A DNA stretch of 64,000 bases, taken from NCBI GenBank assembly GCA_964610875.1, contig CAZSWP010000017.1, positions 4,940-68,939 on the forward strand, given 5' to 3'. A program made the translations under genes and the position numbers. Each line of letters starts with the position of its first letter. The stretch's first letter is position 1. Positions 1-9,362 of the stretch are shown piece by piece. The notes under the pieces are model-generated. The model was not told where the DNA came from. It saw only the letters and a program-made list of their open reading frames with translations, and searched no databases. The stretch comes from an uncultured archaeon. Its GTDB lineage: Archaea > Asgardarchaeota > Thorarchaeia > Thorarchaeales > Thorarchaeaceae.

Positions 1-175
1 TCTTTTTCTTTTCAGACATGGAGACTCGACCATTGCTCCAATATCGATAGTAGCTTAAAAATTCGATGAAAGATGTTGAATTTCCCGCTTAATAGAGTAT
101 GAAGTAGGTACTAATCCAGACAAGTAATCCTTATGACCAAAAAAATGAAAGGGTCAAAGAGCCGGGGGACATACA

Positions 176-913
176 GTGATACGCGCAGCCTATGTGATAA
201 ATCAGGATGGAAAGACACTCTATTCTGCGAAGTACAACCGCGGAGAAAAAAAAATCGAGAATCGAGTACCTGCTCATATTCGAGCATGTGTTTCACTATT
301 CCAATCGCGAGATAGTACTATTAGAAGAAATCCCTATGTCCTGAATCAAGATGATTTTGATTACATCTACACGTTTTTCGATGATTTTGCAGTTGTATTA
401 GAGACCACCGAAGAGGAAGAACTCGCGCAACTAAAACGAAAATCGGTCTCTCTAGGAATGACTCTTGCACATTCGTACGGAAACCTGATCCCAATCTGGA
501 ACGGGAGTATGGGTGATATTGATGAGATTGATGCGATTGTAGACCACTTTGTAATGCTAGACATTTCTGATCCCTCTAAGAAACAGATCAAAGCTATAGA
601 ATCAGTAATCATGGATACACTAGAATCAAGTAATCTTGCATACGTTGGAGTGTTTGACGCAATTGGAAATATGGTGTCGGGTAACATTCCTGAGAATCAT
701 TTAGAAGAGATTCGTCCAGAGATAACAAGAGGTGTCATCAAGCCAGCCGCTGAGATAGTTCCAACTGCAATCGAAATCCGTGGTTATGATGTACAAATGC
801 TTCGAGTTCAGTCATTTACTGTTGTGGCTGCAGCACACCGTGATGAGAGTAAGATATCTGCTACACAAGCAGTTGGAGATATGGCTCATGCTCTTTCATC
901 TACACTCTCTTGA
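176..913 (+). CDS. Two-domain longin-like / Roadblock-LC7 (MglB-like) protein
   Basis: 245-aa ORF with a GTG start. The N-terminus (MIRAAYVINQDGKTLYSAKY ... FDYIYTFFDDFAVVL) has the pattern of longin / adaptor small-chain folds. The C-terminal half (NLAYVGVFDAIGNMVSG ... IEIRGYDVQMLRVQSFTVVAA) resembles Roadblock/LC7. Assigned by eye. Confidence 0.6.
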   Translation: MIRAAYVINQDGKTLYSAKYNRGEKKIENRVPAHIRACVSLFQSRDSTIRRNPYVLNQDDFDYIYTFFDDFAVVLETTEEEELAQLKRKSVSLGMTLAHSYGNLIPIWNGSMGDIDEIDAIVDHFVMLDISDPSKKQIKAIESVIMDTLESSNLAYVGVFDAIGNMVSGNIPENHLEEIRPEITRGVIKPAAEIVPTAIEIRGYDVQMLRVQSFTVVAAAHRDESKISATQAVGDMAHALSSTLS

Positions 914-962
914 GTCATAGACAAACTGTTATTTGCAAATTATGGAATAGTATTCAATCAGG

Positions 963-1628
963 ATGAATGCTGCTGAAGAATTAGTTGAGATAGAAAAACG
1001 CATAGAGAATGCACTCTGGGAAAGCGTTGAGACCGAGGATCAGGAAAAAGCGCTCAAAGCATATACGACTGCAAAGAGTGAGTTGCTTTCATTAGAGATA
1101 TCTGATTCTGACCTCCGCAAAGAAAAGGATAGGGTTCTGGCCTATTGCCTTATGCGAATAGATGATACACTTGTTCGTTTGGGTGATGAAGAATACACTA
1201 TTGAACGAGCCCAAGAAGCTTTACAGATAGCTGAACGCTCAGAAGATGTTGTTCAGATTGCAAGGTGTAAGATGATGCTTGGTGCCCGCTTAATGGGGAT
1301 TGGCAAAATCTCAGAAGGCGAAAAATACTATGGTGAAGTCATTAAGGAACATTATGAGTCTGATGACAGGGACTTGAAACAAGTCGTAGGTTGGACACTA
1401 CTTGCTCGAGGGCATCTATTGAAAGCAAAAAGTCTCCACAATCAAGCAAAGGCTGTATTGGAAAATGCAATTGGTATCTTGAGTGACATTGACAATTGGG
1501 CTGGATTGGCTAGTGCATATAGTGCATTGAGTCAAGTATTTTCTCTTCTCGGAGAATACGAGGAGGAAAAGAAAGCATCTGATATGAGCGAACACTACAG
1601 AGAACGCGCGAAGAAGGAAAAGCAATAA
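963..1628 (+). CDS. TPR-like helical repeat protein (hypothetical)
   Basis: 221-aa ORF with coding-like composition. It has alpha-helical repeat character (A/L/Y/G spacing, e.g. ARGHLLKAKSLHNQAKAVLENAIGIL, AGLASAYSALSQVFSLLGEYEEE). Confidence 0.5.
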   Translation: MNAAEELVEIEKRIENALWESVETEDQEKALKAYTTAKSELLSLEISDSDLRKEKDRVLAYCLMRIDDTLVRLGDEEYTIERAQEALQIAERSEDVVQIARCKMMLGARLMGIGKISEGEKYYGEVIKEHYESDDRDLKQVVGWTLLARGHLLKAKSLHNQAKAVLENAIGILSDIDNWAGLASAYSALSQVFSLLGEYEEEKKASDMSEHYRERAKKEKQ

Positions 1629-1691
1629 TTGGGATATTATCAGAAACATACAAGTACTGCATCAATTCGATACCGGATAGAGGAATAAAGA

Positions 1692-2333
1692 ATGCTGATT
1701 GTTGGTATCTGTGGGTCCCCAAAGAAGGAAAAATCTAGCACTCGATTCTTACTACAGAAAGCACTGGAATCTGCATCAGATGTACTTTCTGATGGTAAGA
1801 CCAAACTAGCTACAACACTTCTACTTGATATAAGTGATTTTGAGATTAGTCACTGTACAGGTTGTGATTCATGTGTGAGGAAAAAACCGTGTCCTGAGAG
1901 TGCACACGATGATATGAACAAGATTGAGGAGAAACTTCTCCAGGCTGATGGAATAATTATTGCTGCTCCCTCCTACTTCACCACCGTGCCAGGAGTGCTG
2001 AAAGATTTCATTGACAGGTCTAGATATATGAAGATGCAAGACCATCAACTGCAGGATAAGCTGTTTGGTGCCATTACCTACGGAGGATTAAGATATGGTG
2101 GACAGGAACACGTTATTGACTATCTTAATAGATATGCTCTTGGTCAAGGAATGATTGTTGTGGGAGCTCTAGGAAGTCCTGTCAAACATGGAACGTTTGG
2201 GTCTGGTGCAATGCAAAAGGATGAAGGTGGCTGGAGGACATCACAGGATGATGAACTAGCCATTACCAACAGCCAGATTCTCGGTAAGAGAATGGCTAAG
2301 CTCTTACTGAAATTCAAAGCAGATGGTGAATAG
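1692..2333 (+). CDS. Iron-sulfur flavoprotein / NADPH-dependent FMN reductase family (flavodoxin-like fold)
   Basis: The N-terminus MLIVGICGSPKKEKSST is typical of this family. A compact Cys motif CTGCDSCVRKKPC (CX2CX2CX5C) matches Isf-type proteins, and IIIAAPSYFTTVPGVLKDFIDRS is family-typical. Confidence 0.7.
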   Translation: MLIVGICGSPKKEKSSTRFLLQKALESASDVLSDGKTKLATTLLLDISDFEISHCTGCDSCVRKKPCPESAHDDMNKIEEKLLQADGIIIAAPSYFTTVPGVLKDFIDRSRYMKMQDHQLQDKLFGAITYGGLRYGGQEHVIDYLNRYALGQGMIVVGALGSPVKHGTFGSGAMQKDEGGWRTSQDDELAITNSQILGKRMAKLLLKFKADGE

Positions 2334-2335
2334 AT

Positions 2336-2896
2336 ATGAAACCAGAGATAGACGGGCAGGTGCAAGTCTATACTGGAAACGGTAAGGGGAAGACCACCTG
2401 TGCTCTCGGCGCAGGCCTACGTGCTGCAGGTCACAATCTTGAGGTTCTCATGATATCCTTCATGAAAGCTAAGGTAGCTTGGCGGGGAGATGGAGAAGGA
2501 GTGAACTATGGTGAGTTCAAATCAGTGGAGGAAATACCAAATTTCACTATCATCCCAATGGGGCGAGAATCATGGGTGGATAAAGAGAATCCAGACCCTG
2601 AGGACATTCGACTTGCAGAAGAGGCTCTCCAAATGGCTCGTGATGCTCTACTGGAGAAAAAGTGTGACTTACTTATTCTTGATGAGATTAATGTCGCTGT
2701 CGAGTGGAATCTCATATCCGTTGAAGACCAGTTAGAGTTGATAAAGATGAAACATATTGATGTCGAGCTCATCATGACAGGTCGATATGCTCGAGACGAG
2801 GTAAAGGAGGCTGCTGATCTAGTCACAGAGATGACTGAGATAAAGCATTATTTCACTACGAAGAAAATGCTTGGTCGAAAAGGGTTTGAGTATTAA
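2336..2896 (+). CDS. cobO: ATP:cob(I)alamin (cob(I)yrinic acid a,c-diamide) adenosyltransferase, CobO/BtuR type
   Basis: Carries the family signature VQVYTGNGKGKTTCALGAGLRAAGHNLEVLMISFMKA and LLILDEINVAV. It starts 2 nt after the preceding flavoprotein gene. Confidence 0.8.
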   Translation: MKPEIDGQVQVYTGNGKGKTTCALGAGLRAAGHNLEVLMISFMKAKVAWRGDGEGVNYGEFKSVEEIPNFTIIPMGRESWVDKENPDPEDIRLAEEALQMARDALLEKKCDLLILDEINVAVEWNLISVEDQLELIKMKHIDVELIMTGRYARDEVKEAADLVTEMTEIKHYFTTKKMLGRKGFEY

Positions 2897-2962
2897 CACC
2901 TGTTACACCGAATCGAACACTTAATATTCAGAGTATCTTGAGGTCACTCATTCAATCAGGGT

Positions 2963-4690
2963 GTGTCTGTCATGGGAGCTGACAAAGCAGGCAAACATAA
3001 ACGTGAACATGAGGAACGAACCGATTTAGATGATATTGCTGCAGCAAAACAGAACTGGGAGGATAACGTCCTAGGTTCTCATCTTGAACGGCATAAGGAA
3101 CGACGTTCTGAGTTTGTGACTACTTCAAGTAAACCAGTGGCTAGAATCTATACTCCTCTTGATATCAAAGATTTTGACTACATGAGAGACCTCGGTTTTC
3201 CGAGTATGTTTCCCTATACTCGTGGTGTACAGCCTTCTATGTATCGCGGCCGTATCTGGACCATGCGCCAATTTGCTGGAATGGGTACCGCTGAGGAATC
3301 AAATGAACGGTACAAGTTTCTGCTAGCAAATGGTCAGACTGGACTCAGTGTAGCTTTTCACCTTCCTACAATCTTTGGACGTGACTCAGACCATCCATTC
3401 AGCCTGGGTGAAGTTGGGAAACTGGGTGTTGCTATTGACACATTGAAGGATATGGAGATTCTTTTTTCAGGAATCCCACTTGACAAGGTCACAACTTCTA
3501 TGACAATCAATGCGCCAGCTTCTATCTTACTTGCGATGTACATGGTGGCTGCAGAAAAGCAGGGTGTTTCATCTGACAAGATTGGAGGAACAATACAGAA
3601 CGACATCCTGAAGGAATACATGGCTCAGAAATCATGGATCTATCCACCTGAGCCATCAATGAGAATTATCACAGACATCATGGAATATGCGACCAAGCAC
3701 ATTCCAAGGTGGAACACAATCTCAATATCAGGGTATCATATAAGAGAGGCAGGATCCACCGCTGCCCAAGAACTTGCATTTACACTTGCAAACGGCATGG
3801 AATACGTCGGGCACGCAATCGCAGCGGGACAAGATGTTGATGCTTTTGCCCCACGATTGTCATTCTTCTTCAATGCACATAATGATATCTTTGAAGAGGT
3901 TGCGAAGTATCGTGCAGCACGAAGGATATGGGCACGGAAGATGAAAGAGACCTTCAAGGCAAAGAAATCAAGGTCTCTGTGGATGCGATTCCATACTCAG
4001 ACAGCTGGTTGCTCACTTACTGCACAACAACCAATGGTCAATATAGTCAGGACCGCATATCAAGCGCTAGCGGCGGTTTTGGGTGGTACTCAGTCACTGC
4101 ATACAAATAGTATGGATGAAGCGCTGTGTCTTCCAACTGAGGACGCAGTGAGAGTCGCTCTACGTACACAACAAGTGCTTGCTCATGAGAGTGGTGTGGC
4201 GAATACCATCGACCCTCTTGCAGGTTCATACTACATTGAAGCTCTGACCAACGAACTCGAAGAAGAGGCTTACAGTTACTTTGACAAGTTTGAATCTATG
4301 GGTGGAGTGATACCTGCTATTGAGAAAGGATTCCCACAGCGAGAGATTGCTGAAGCCTCCTTCCGATATCAATCAGAAGTAGATAGCAGAAAGCGAACCA
4401 TTGTCGGTGTGAACGATTACATTTTAGAAGGTGAGGAGATCACCATTCCAGTGTTGAAGATTGACCCCGAGGTAGAGAAGAGGCAAGCTGAGCGTACTCA
4501 AAATATACGCAAGGAGCGCGACAACAAGAAACTGCAGGAAGCGCTCGATGGGTTAAGAAAAGCATCAGAGGGCACAGACAATGTCATGCCTTACGTCGTA
4601 GAATGTGTGAAAGCATATGCTACCATTGGTGAGATCTGTGATGTCTGGCGAGAAGTATATGGTGAATGGGAAGAACCCAAAATATTCTGA
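2963..4690 (+). CDS. mcmA: Methylmalonyl-CoA mutase, large (catalytic, N-terminal) subunit
   Basis: Carries [54 protein letters not shown] and further MCM-typical blocks ([27 protein letters not shown]). No B12-binding domain is present, which is the split archaeal form. The start may be the ATG at 2972. Confidence 0.9.
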   Translation: MSVMGADKAGKHKREHEERTDLDDIAAAKQNWEDNVLGSHLERHKERRSEFVTTSSKPVARIYTPLDIKDFDYMRDLGFPSMFPYTRGVQPSMYRGRIWTMRQFAGMGTAEESNERYKFLLANGQTGLSVAFHLPTIFGRDSDHPFSLGEVGKLGVAIDTLKDMEILFSGIPLDKVTTSMTINAPASILLAMYMVAAEKQGVSSDKIGGTIQNDILKEYMAQKSWIYPPEPSMRIITDIMEYATKHIPRWNTISISGYHIREAGSTAAQELAFTLANGMEYVGHAIAAGQDVDAFAPRLSFFFNAHNDIFEEVAKYRAARRIWARKMKETFKAKKSRSLWMRFHTQTAGCSLTAQQPMVNIVRTAYQALAAVLGGTQSLHTNSMDEALCLPTEDAVRVALRTQQVLAHESGVANTIDPLAGSYYIEALTNELEEEAYSYFDKFESMGGVIPAIEKGFPQREIAEASFRYQSEVDSRKRTIVGVNDYILEGEEITIPVLKIDPEVEKRQAERTQNIRKERDNKKLQEALDGLRKASEGTDNVMPYVVECVKAYATIGEICDVWREVYGEWEEPKIF

Positions 4691-4716
4691 ATTACACATC
4701 CAGTGCGAATTTCCCA

Positions 4717-5208
4717 TCATTCATCTCTATTCGATGACCATTGACAGAAGACACATACCGCCATTCCTGACTCCGACCAAACGAACTTTCGTGAATCACA
4801 AACTGGGCAGGGTTCTAATTGTGGATGAGTTTTCTTTGAGATTTGCTTCAGAAAGTTATTCACGAACATGAACTGGAACACAAAAGCTAGCGACAGAGTA
4901 GAAATCACAGGCGGTCCCGATGTCCAGAAAGCAACAATACCAACTGGGATACATATTAGTAAAATGATTCCACAAATAAAACGCATGACGACTCCAGCGG
5001 AATTTACTTGATATCTTCCTCCACCTTGTGAATAAAACAAGTATAGTATCACATTGAATACGGCAAAAACTGTACTGATAGTGAATACTATTCTGTCTAT
5101 GAAGAAGACCATAATTGTGACTAGAATTACGATTGCAAGAAAATGCCGCGGTTTGATTTTACCATTCCCATTTTTCTGATCCACCATGCTTATTCTTACC
5201 TCCTCCAT
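4717..5208 (-). CDS. Membrane protein (about 4 TM) with C-terminal CxxC..CxxC zinc-ribbon
   Basis: Contains hydrophobic helices (FLAIVILVTIMVFFI, VFAVFNVILYLFY, FICGIILLICIPVGIVAFW). The C-terminus is CPVCDSRKFVWSESGMAVCVFC. Confidence 0.5.
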   Translation of the reverse strand: MEEVRISMVDQKNGNGKIKPRHFLAIVILVTIMVFFIDRIVFTISTVFAVFNVILYLFYSQGGGRYQVNSAGVVMRFICGIILLICIPVGIVAFWTSGPPVISTLSLAFVFQFMFVNNFLKQISKKTHPQLEPCPVCDSRKFVWSESGMAVCVFCQWSSNRDE

Positions 5209-5265
5209 TCAAATATCGACTGCATGATTGTATATGAATCCTGAGATTGTAGAATTCTTGACCTA

Positions 5266-5907
5266 CTAGTTATGTAATGGATTGCCATCAAGAACAATTT
5301 CAACGTCATCACTCAGAAGCGATCTTTGTACTACTCTAAGTCTATTATTAGATAGGTCAACATTGTTGAGTTTTTCACAACTAGCTAAGGGATTCAGATC
5401 CACTTCACAAATTTGGTTTGCACTGAGATTGAGTTCAGAGAGACTCGAACATGAAGAGAGTGGTCCAAGATCAATGGAATCTATTTGATTTTCTTTCAAG
5501 TACAGACCAACTAGATTTTTACATGAACTAAGAGGTCCAAGATCTATCTCAATAAGCTCATTTCTATTAAGAGAGATTGCATGTAGGTTCGTACAATATT
5601 TAATTGGGGTCAAATCAATGCAACGGAGTTTATTTCCAAAAAGATGCAAGTATCGCAGATTCTCACATGTTGCTAGAGGTTCCAAATCAATCTCAATTAT
5701 ATCATTAAGTCCTAGTTTCAATGAACGAAGTTCAGTGTGACCCGCAAGAGAATGCAAATTGATTGACTGAATCATGCTTCTCGTTAGACTGACTTCTTCA
5801 GCAGCTGGGGCGACCTTTACCTCCCCCTTTCCATCTGCTGTTTCCATCTTGAGAATAAGTAAATCTGAATCATCCGAGTTCATTATATTTCCCAACACAT
5901 CTATCAT
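5266..5907 (-). CDS. Leucine-rich repeat (LRR) protein
   Basis: About 7 tandem 22-23-aa units of form LxxCxxLxxLxLxxNxIxxIDLxP, e.g. LATCENLRYLHLFGNKLRCIDLTP, LSSCKNLVGLYLKENQIDSIDLGP, LSSCSSLSELNLSANQICEVDLNP. Confidence 0.75.
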   Translation of the reverse strand: MIDVLGNIMNSDDSDLLILKMETADGKGEVKVAPAAEEVSLTRSMIQSINLHSLAGHTELRSLKLGLNDIIEIDLEPLATCENLRYLHLFGNKLRCIDLTPIKYCTNLHAISLNRNELIEIDLGPLSSCKNLVGLYLKENQIDSIDLGPLSSCSSLSELNLSANQICEVDLNPLASCEKLNNVDLSNNRLRVVQRSLLSDDVEIVLDGNPLHN

Positions 5908-6001
5908 CTAGAAGGTCGCTTATGTTTGAGCTATTTGCTTCTTCAATACACACATATTTCAATCCGCCTCTTTGATGCATTGGATTCAAGGAGTGAATCA
6001 A

Positions 6002-6376
6002 ATGATCACTGGTATAGATGTTGTGTATCTTCACGTTATAGACCATATCAAGATGGCTAATTGGTATCGTGATGTCTTAGGTTTGAAGATTGGATTTCGT
6101 ACCGATGATAAGCATTGGCAGGAGTTCCAATTCCAAAAAGAGAGAAGCCCGACAAGGTTCGCATTAGACGCAGTTGACAAACGCCCCTCTAAGATTGAGA
6201 AGCAGAGAGCTATGATATCATTCTCTGTGGAGGACATCAACCAATTTGTTGAATCAATGAAGTCTAAGAACACGGAATTCTATGGCGAGCCAAAGATTGT
6301 TGATACCGGTCGTACGCTGTTTGCAACTGCAAGAGACCCTGAAGGCAACTGGATTCAATTTAGTCAGAGAAAATAG
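6002..6376 (+). CDS. VOC / glyoxalase-bleomycin resistance family protein
   Basis: Carries VVYLHVIDHIKMANWYRDVLGL ... FSVEDINQFVESM ... ATARDPEGNWIQF. I chose the ATG at 6002 because AAGGAGTG lies 6 nt upstream; the maximal ORF starts at 5972. Confidence 0.7.
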   Translation: MITGIDVVYLHVIDHIKMANWYRDVLGLKIGFRTDDKHWQEFQFQKERSPTRFALDAVDKRPSKIEKQRAMISFSVEDINQFVESMKSKNTEFYGEPKIVDTGRTLFATARDPEGNWIQFSQRK

Positions 6377-6398
6377 ACCTCTCCACCTACTCATGAGA

Positions 6399-6977
6399 TT
6401 ATTTCTTGCCCTTCTTCTTATCTTCAACTTCAATCATGAGTTTTGTAAGGTCCATGAAGGTTTCATTGATGTTCTCGCCAGTAAGTGCTGATGTTTCTTT
6501 GAAGATTACAGGTACTCCCAACTTTTCGCCGTAATCCTTTGAGAACTGCAAACCCTCTAATGGTGAAACTCTCTCCCTCTCTGGAACTGAGTCTCGCAAG
6601 TCTATCTTGTTGCCAATCACTGCACTAGGAGGTAGATCACCTCTGTTCCTGTAAGCCTCAATAAGCCATTTTGAACTGTTATAGAAAGAATCGCGGTCTA
6701 CAACTGAATATACCAGGATGATTCCACTTGAACCTGAATAGTAGTGATTTCGTACATTATCAAAAGATGGTTGACCTGCCAAGTCCCAGATAACAAGTCT
6801 CACGGTTATTGGTCCGATATTGAGGTACCTCTGAGCAAAATCAACTCCGATGGTTGCAAGATGTTCACGAATAAAACTGCCACCCATGTAGCGACGTCTT
6901 ATCGACGTCTTCCCGACAGCTCCCTCTCCAATGAGAACTAGCTTGAACATCCTATCTCCAGGTTGACCAAAGATCAT
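6399..6977 (-). CDS. Small GTPase, Rab/Ras-like
   Basis: All five G boxes are present: G1 GEGAVGKT, switch I TIGVDF (Rab-like), G3 WDLAGQ, G4 GNKIDL, G5 ETSAL. The C-terminus is polybasic (EDKKKGKK) with no Cys prenylation motif. An alternative start is the ATG at 6950. Confidence 0.85.
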   Translation of the reverse strand: MIFGQPGDRMFKLVLIGEGAVGKTSIRRRYMGGSFIREHLATIGVDFAQRYLNIGPITVRLVIWDLAGQPSFDNVRNHYYSGSSGIILVYSVVDRDSFYNSSKWLIEAYRNRGDLPPSAVIGNKIDLRDSVPERERVSPLEGLQFSKDYGEKLGVPVIFKETSALTGENINETFMDLTKLMIEVEDKKKGKK

Positions 6978-7134
6978 CTTGCATTCCCCTCATTTGGCGT
7001 GTGAGAATATTCTCTCAGTGTAAGCACTCGCCTATAAGTCGATTCAACCTATCATAATTGGATAAAATAAATGATTCTTGCTTGACCAAAGGCTTCTTAA
7101 CTGATATTAACAATAGTAAATAAGTGTGTGGAAA

Positions 7135-7776
7135 ATGGAAGTTGTATTTGACTACGGAGAAGTTCTTGAGTATATTGACAAAATTTACCGTGACAGTGAT
7201 TATCCGCGAATGAATGAGTTTATTGAGAAATCCGGTGTCGAGGATTTTGATCCTACAATTGAAGATGACATCGCTAGGGTATTCAGATTATTGATGACTC
7301 TCACCCGTCCGAAGAAAGTACTGGAAATTGGAATGAGTATAGGCTTTTCAACAACAATTCTTGCTCTTGCCGTGAAGGACTTTGGCGGAAAAGTGACATC
7401 ATTAGAATTGGACCCAGATATTGCTGAAGTTGCAAAGAAGAACTTCGAGCGGATTGGAATACAAGACACTATTGAAGTAAAGATCGGTGATGCTAGCAAT
7501 TTGTTGAAGGAGATACCAGATGAGAGTTTTGATGTGGTCTTCCAGGACTCCTCGAAGCGACTCTATCCCGTAATGTTGGAAGATTGTCTAAGGGTGTTGA
7601 AGAAAGGTGGTATTTTTCTCATTGATGACACACTATTTCCAGTTATGACGCCAGAAGATGATTGGAGCGAGTCTGATCGAGCCATTGATGAATTTAATCG
7701 AGACTTATTGAAGTACGATGTTGAGAGTGTATTGCTACCAATTGGTGAAGGCCTAACGGTAGTTGTCAAGAAATAG
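7135..7776 (+). CDS. Class I SAM-dependent O-methyltransferase (family 3, caffeoyl-CoA OMT-like)
   Basis: Carries KKVLEIGMSIGFSTTILALAV, TSLELDPDIAEVAKKNFERIG, FDVVFQDSSKRLYP and GGIFLIDDTLF. Confidence 0.75.
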   Translation: MEVVFDYGEVLEYIDKIYRDSDYPRMNEFIEKSGVEDFDPTIEDDIARVFRLLMTLTRPKKVLEIGMSIGFSTTILALAVKDFGGKVTSLELDPDIAEVAKKNFERIGIQDTIEVKIGDASNLLKEIPDESFDVVFQDSSKRLYPVMLEDCLRVLKKGGIFLIDDTLFPVMTPEDDWSESDRAIDEFNRDLLKYDVESVLLPIGEGLTVVVKK

Positions 7777-7781
7777 AAACA

Positions 7782-7934
7782 TCATTTGACATCATCAGTG
7801 GGGTGATTATCATCACATCTTTGTGGTGGTTTGGTTTTGTCCTTCCAGCAGTCAATGCATATTCTTCGTCCTGATTCTACTCTCTTTCCATATCGTAGAA
7901 TTGTTGTACAGTGTTCACAGGACATGAATCTCAT
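7782..7934 (-). CDS. Small zinc-ribbon protein (50 aa; below the ORF-track cutoff)
   Basis: My own translation of the minus strand gives MRFMSCEHCTTILRYGKRVESGRRICIDCWKDKTKPPQRCDDNHPTDDVK, with CxxC-X16-CxxC. It lies in a 440-bp stretch whose only listed ORF (7831..8130, +) looks non-coding. Confidence 0.4.
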   Translation of the reverse strand: MRFMSCEHCTTILRYGKRVESGRRICIDCWKDKTKPPQRCDDNHPTDDVK

Positions 7935-7983
7935 TTCAAATCATATAATTTCAATTCTTGGTTTTGTGATGAAATCCATGATG

Positions 7984-8148
7984 ATACTAACTTTTCCTTA
8001 TTGTCAGAACAACTACTGCCAATATCACAACAACCTCAAGCCCATCTCCAATAAGGAGAACTTCGATTGGAAATGGTGTCGTTTCTGGCTCATAGTCGTT
8101 GGTGATATTTCTCACATCGGTTCTACGTAAGTTCCATCTAGTCTGCAT
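7984..8148 (-). CDS. Possible small single-TM protein (54 aa)
   Basis: My own translation gives MQTRWNLRRTDVRNITNDYEPETTPFPIEVLLIGDGLEVVVILAVVVLTIRKS. There is no further support. Confidence 0.2.
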
Positions 8149-8250
8149 TACTGATTCTTGGAATTAACATTCATTTGAATAAATAGAAGCCCTATAGAAA
8201 GATACTTCTAAGACTTAGTGATTCGCATTGGCAGAGAGGCAAACTTGATA

Positions 8251-8754
8251 ATGGATGAAGATAGAATTTCGATACGCGGATTGGGCATACTCTTCATTGT
8301 CTTGATAATAGTGAGTATTTTTTCATTCATTTTGTCCAGTATTGAGGGATTCTTAACTGGTGTTGTTGTAATCTTCATCGGATTCCTGTTGAGTTTCTTT
8401 CGAGATGATATCAAGAGTTTCTTAGGTATTTCTAAGGAAAAAGCCAAACCTGCTCCAATAGAAATCAAAAAAGATGATCCTATTACATACATCGAGAAGG
8501 GTATTGCGAAAGGTAGGAAGAAGCTAACCAAAGCGATTGTGAAGAATGAATCAGAATATAGCCCCGAAAAGAAAAAGAAGAGATCTCAAGATATCTTCTT
8601 TGAAGCATCTACACTTCTCACAGTACTTAATCAGGCTAAGGGATATGCTATCCAGAAAGGCAATCCTGAACTTGTTAGACATTATGAGGAGTTAATACGA
8701 GAGGTCGAAGCACAAAGGGATGCTGCTGCACAACAATTGAACATGGATGAATAG
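8251..8754 (+). CDS. Membrane-anchored hypothetical protein with helical C-terminal domain
   Basis: Two TM helices (GILFIVLIIVSIFSFILSSI, GVVVIFIGFLLSFF) are followed by a charged helical tail. The ATG at 8251 has AGAGAGG upstream; the maximal ORF starts at the GTG at 8218. Confidence 0.5.
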   Translation: MDEDRISIRGLGILFIVLIIVSIFSFILSSIEGFLTGVVVIFIGFLLSFFRDDIKSFLGISKEKAKPAPIEIKKDDPITYIEKGIAKGRKKLTKAIVKNESEYSPEKKKKRSQDIFFEASTLLTVLNQAKGYAIQKGNPELVRHYEELIREVEAQRDAAAQQLNMDE

Positions 8755-8889
8755 CATCTTCAAATGGTACTCGCAACCCATCAGCTCTATGCTAGTGTTC
8801 TATTTCATTGATTTAGCCGGTTCTTAGATATGTTTACAGAGTCCTTTGTGAGTTTATTCTCTTCATTCATTGGAACTGCATGAAGAGTA

Positions 8890-9360
8890 TTACTCTGGTT
8901 TGAAGTATTCTATATCTGTAAGACCGCCTTTCCTTTGTGACTTGTCCTTCAGAACTGCAGTTACACGCATACCAATTTTTATATCACTGGTATCAATATC
9001 GCCAAGGTGGTGAATAAGCCCACCGTCGGTTTTATCAATCCTGATGAAAGCTACTGCAACAGGTTTAGCTAGCTTTTCGCCGTTTCTGTCCTCATATGTC
9101 ACTGTATATGTATCAACGACACCATTTGTTGGAACATCCAAGTAGTCTTCAAGGCTTTCGAAACACCGTTCACAGTACATTCGGGGAGGCATGTAAGTAA
9201 TACCACATTCTTTGCATGGTGTGGCAAGCATCTTTCCTTCATCCCTAAGTGCTTTGAAGAACTTCTCACCAGCTACACCTGCAGTATAGATATAGTCAGC
9301 CTCCATATCTCCTACAAGATGGCGAAGTTTCAATGGATTCGTTATTTTATCGAACGACAA
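8890..9360 (-). CDS. DUF35 protein (Zn-ribbon + OB-fold, thiolase-associated)
   Basis: Has the zinc ribbon CKECGITYMPPRMYCERCFE followed by an OB-like C-terminus. It is the last gene of a four-gene operon. Confidence 0.8.
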   Translation of the reverse strand: MSFDKITNPLKLRHLVGDMEADYIYTAGVAGEKFFKALRDEGKMLATPCKECGITYMPPRMYCERCFESLEDYLDVPTNGVVDTYTVTYEDRNGEKLAKPVAVAFIRIDKTDGGLIHHLGDIDTSDIKIGMRVTAVLKDKSQRKGGLTDIEYFKPE

Positions 9361-9362
9361 TT

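Noticed and set aside
1-19. Possible start of a minus-strand gene running off the left edge (ATGTCTGAAAAGAAAAAGA = MSEKKK).
   Set aside because: Only 6 codons are visible, so it cannot be supported.
7831-8130. 99-aa plus-strand ORF in the 7.8-8.2 kb gap.
   Set aside because: Its composition is junk-like (C/H/N/Q/I-rich with no motif). It overlaps two more plausible minus-strand sORFs.
8208-8531. 107-aa minus-strand ORF.
   Set aside because: It is antisense to the more coherent 8251..8754 membrane-protein ORF. Its hydrophobicity mirrors the sense-strand TM helices.
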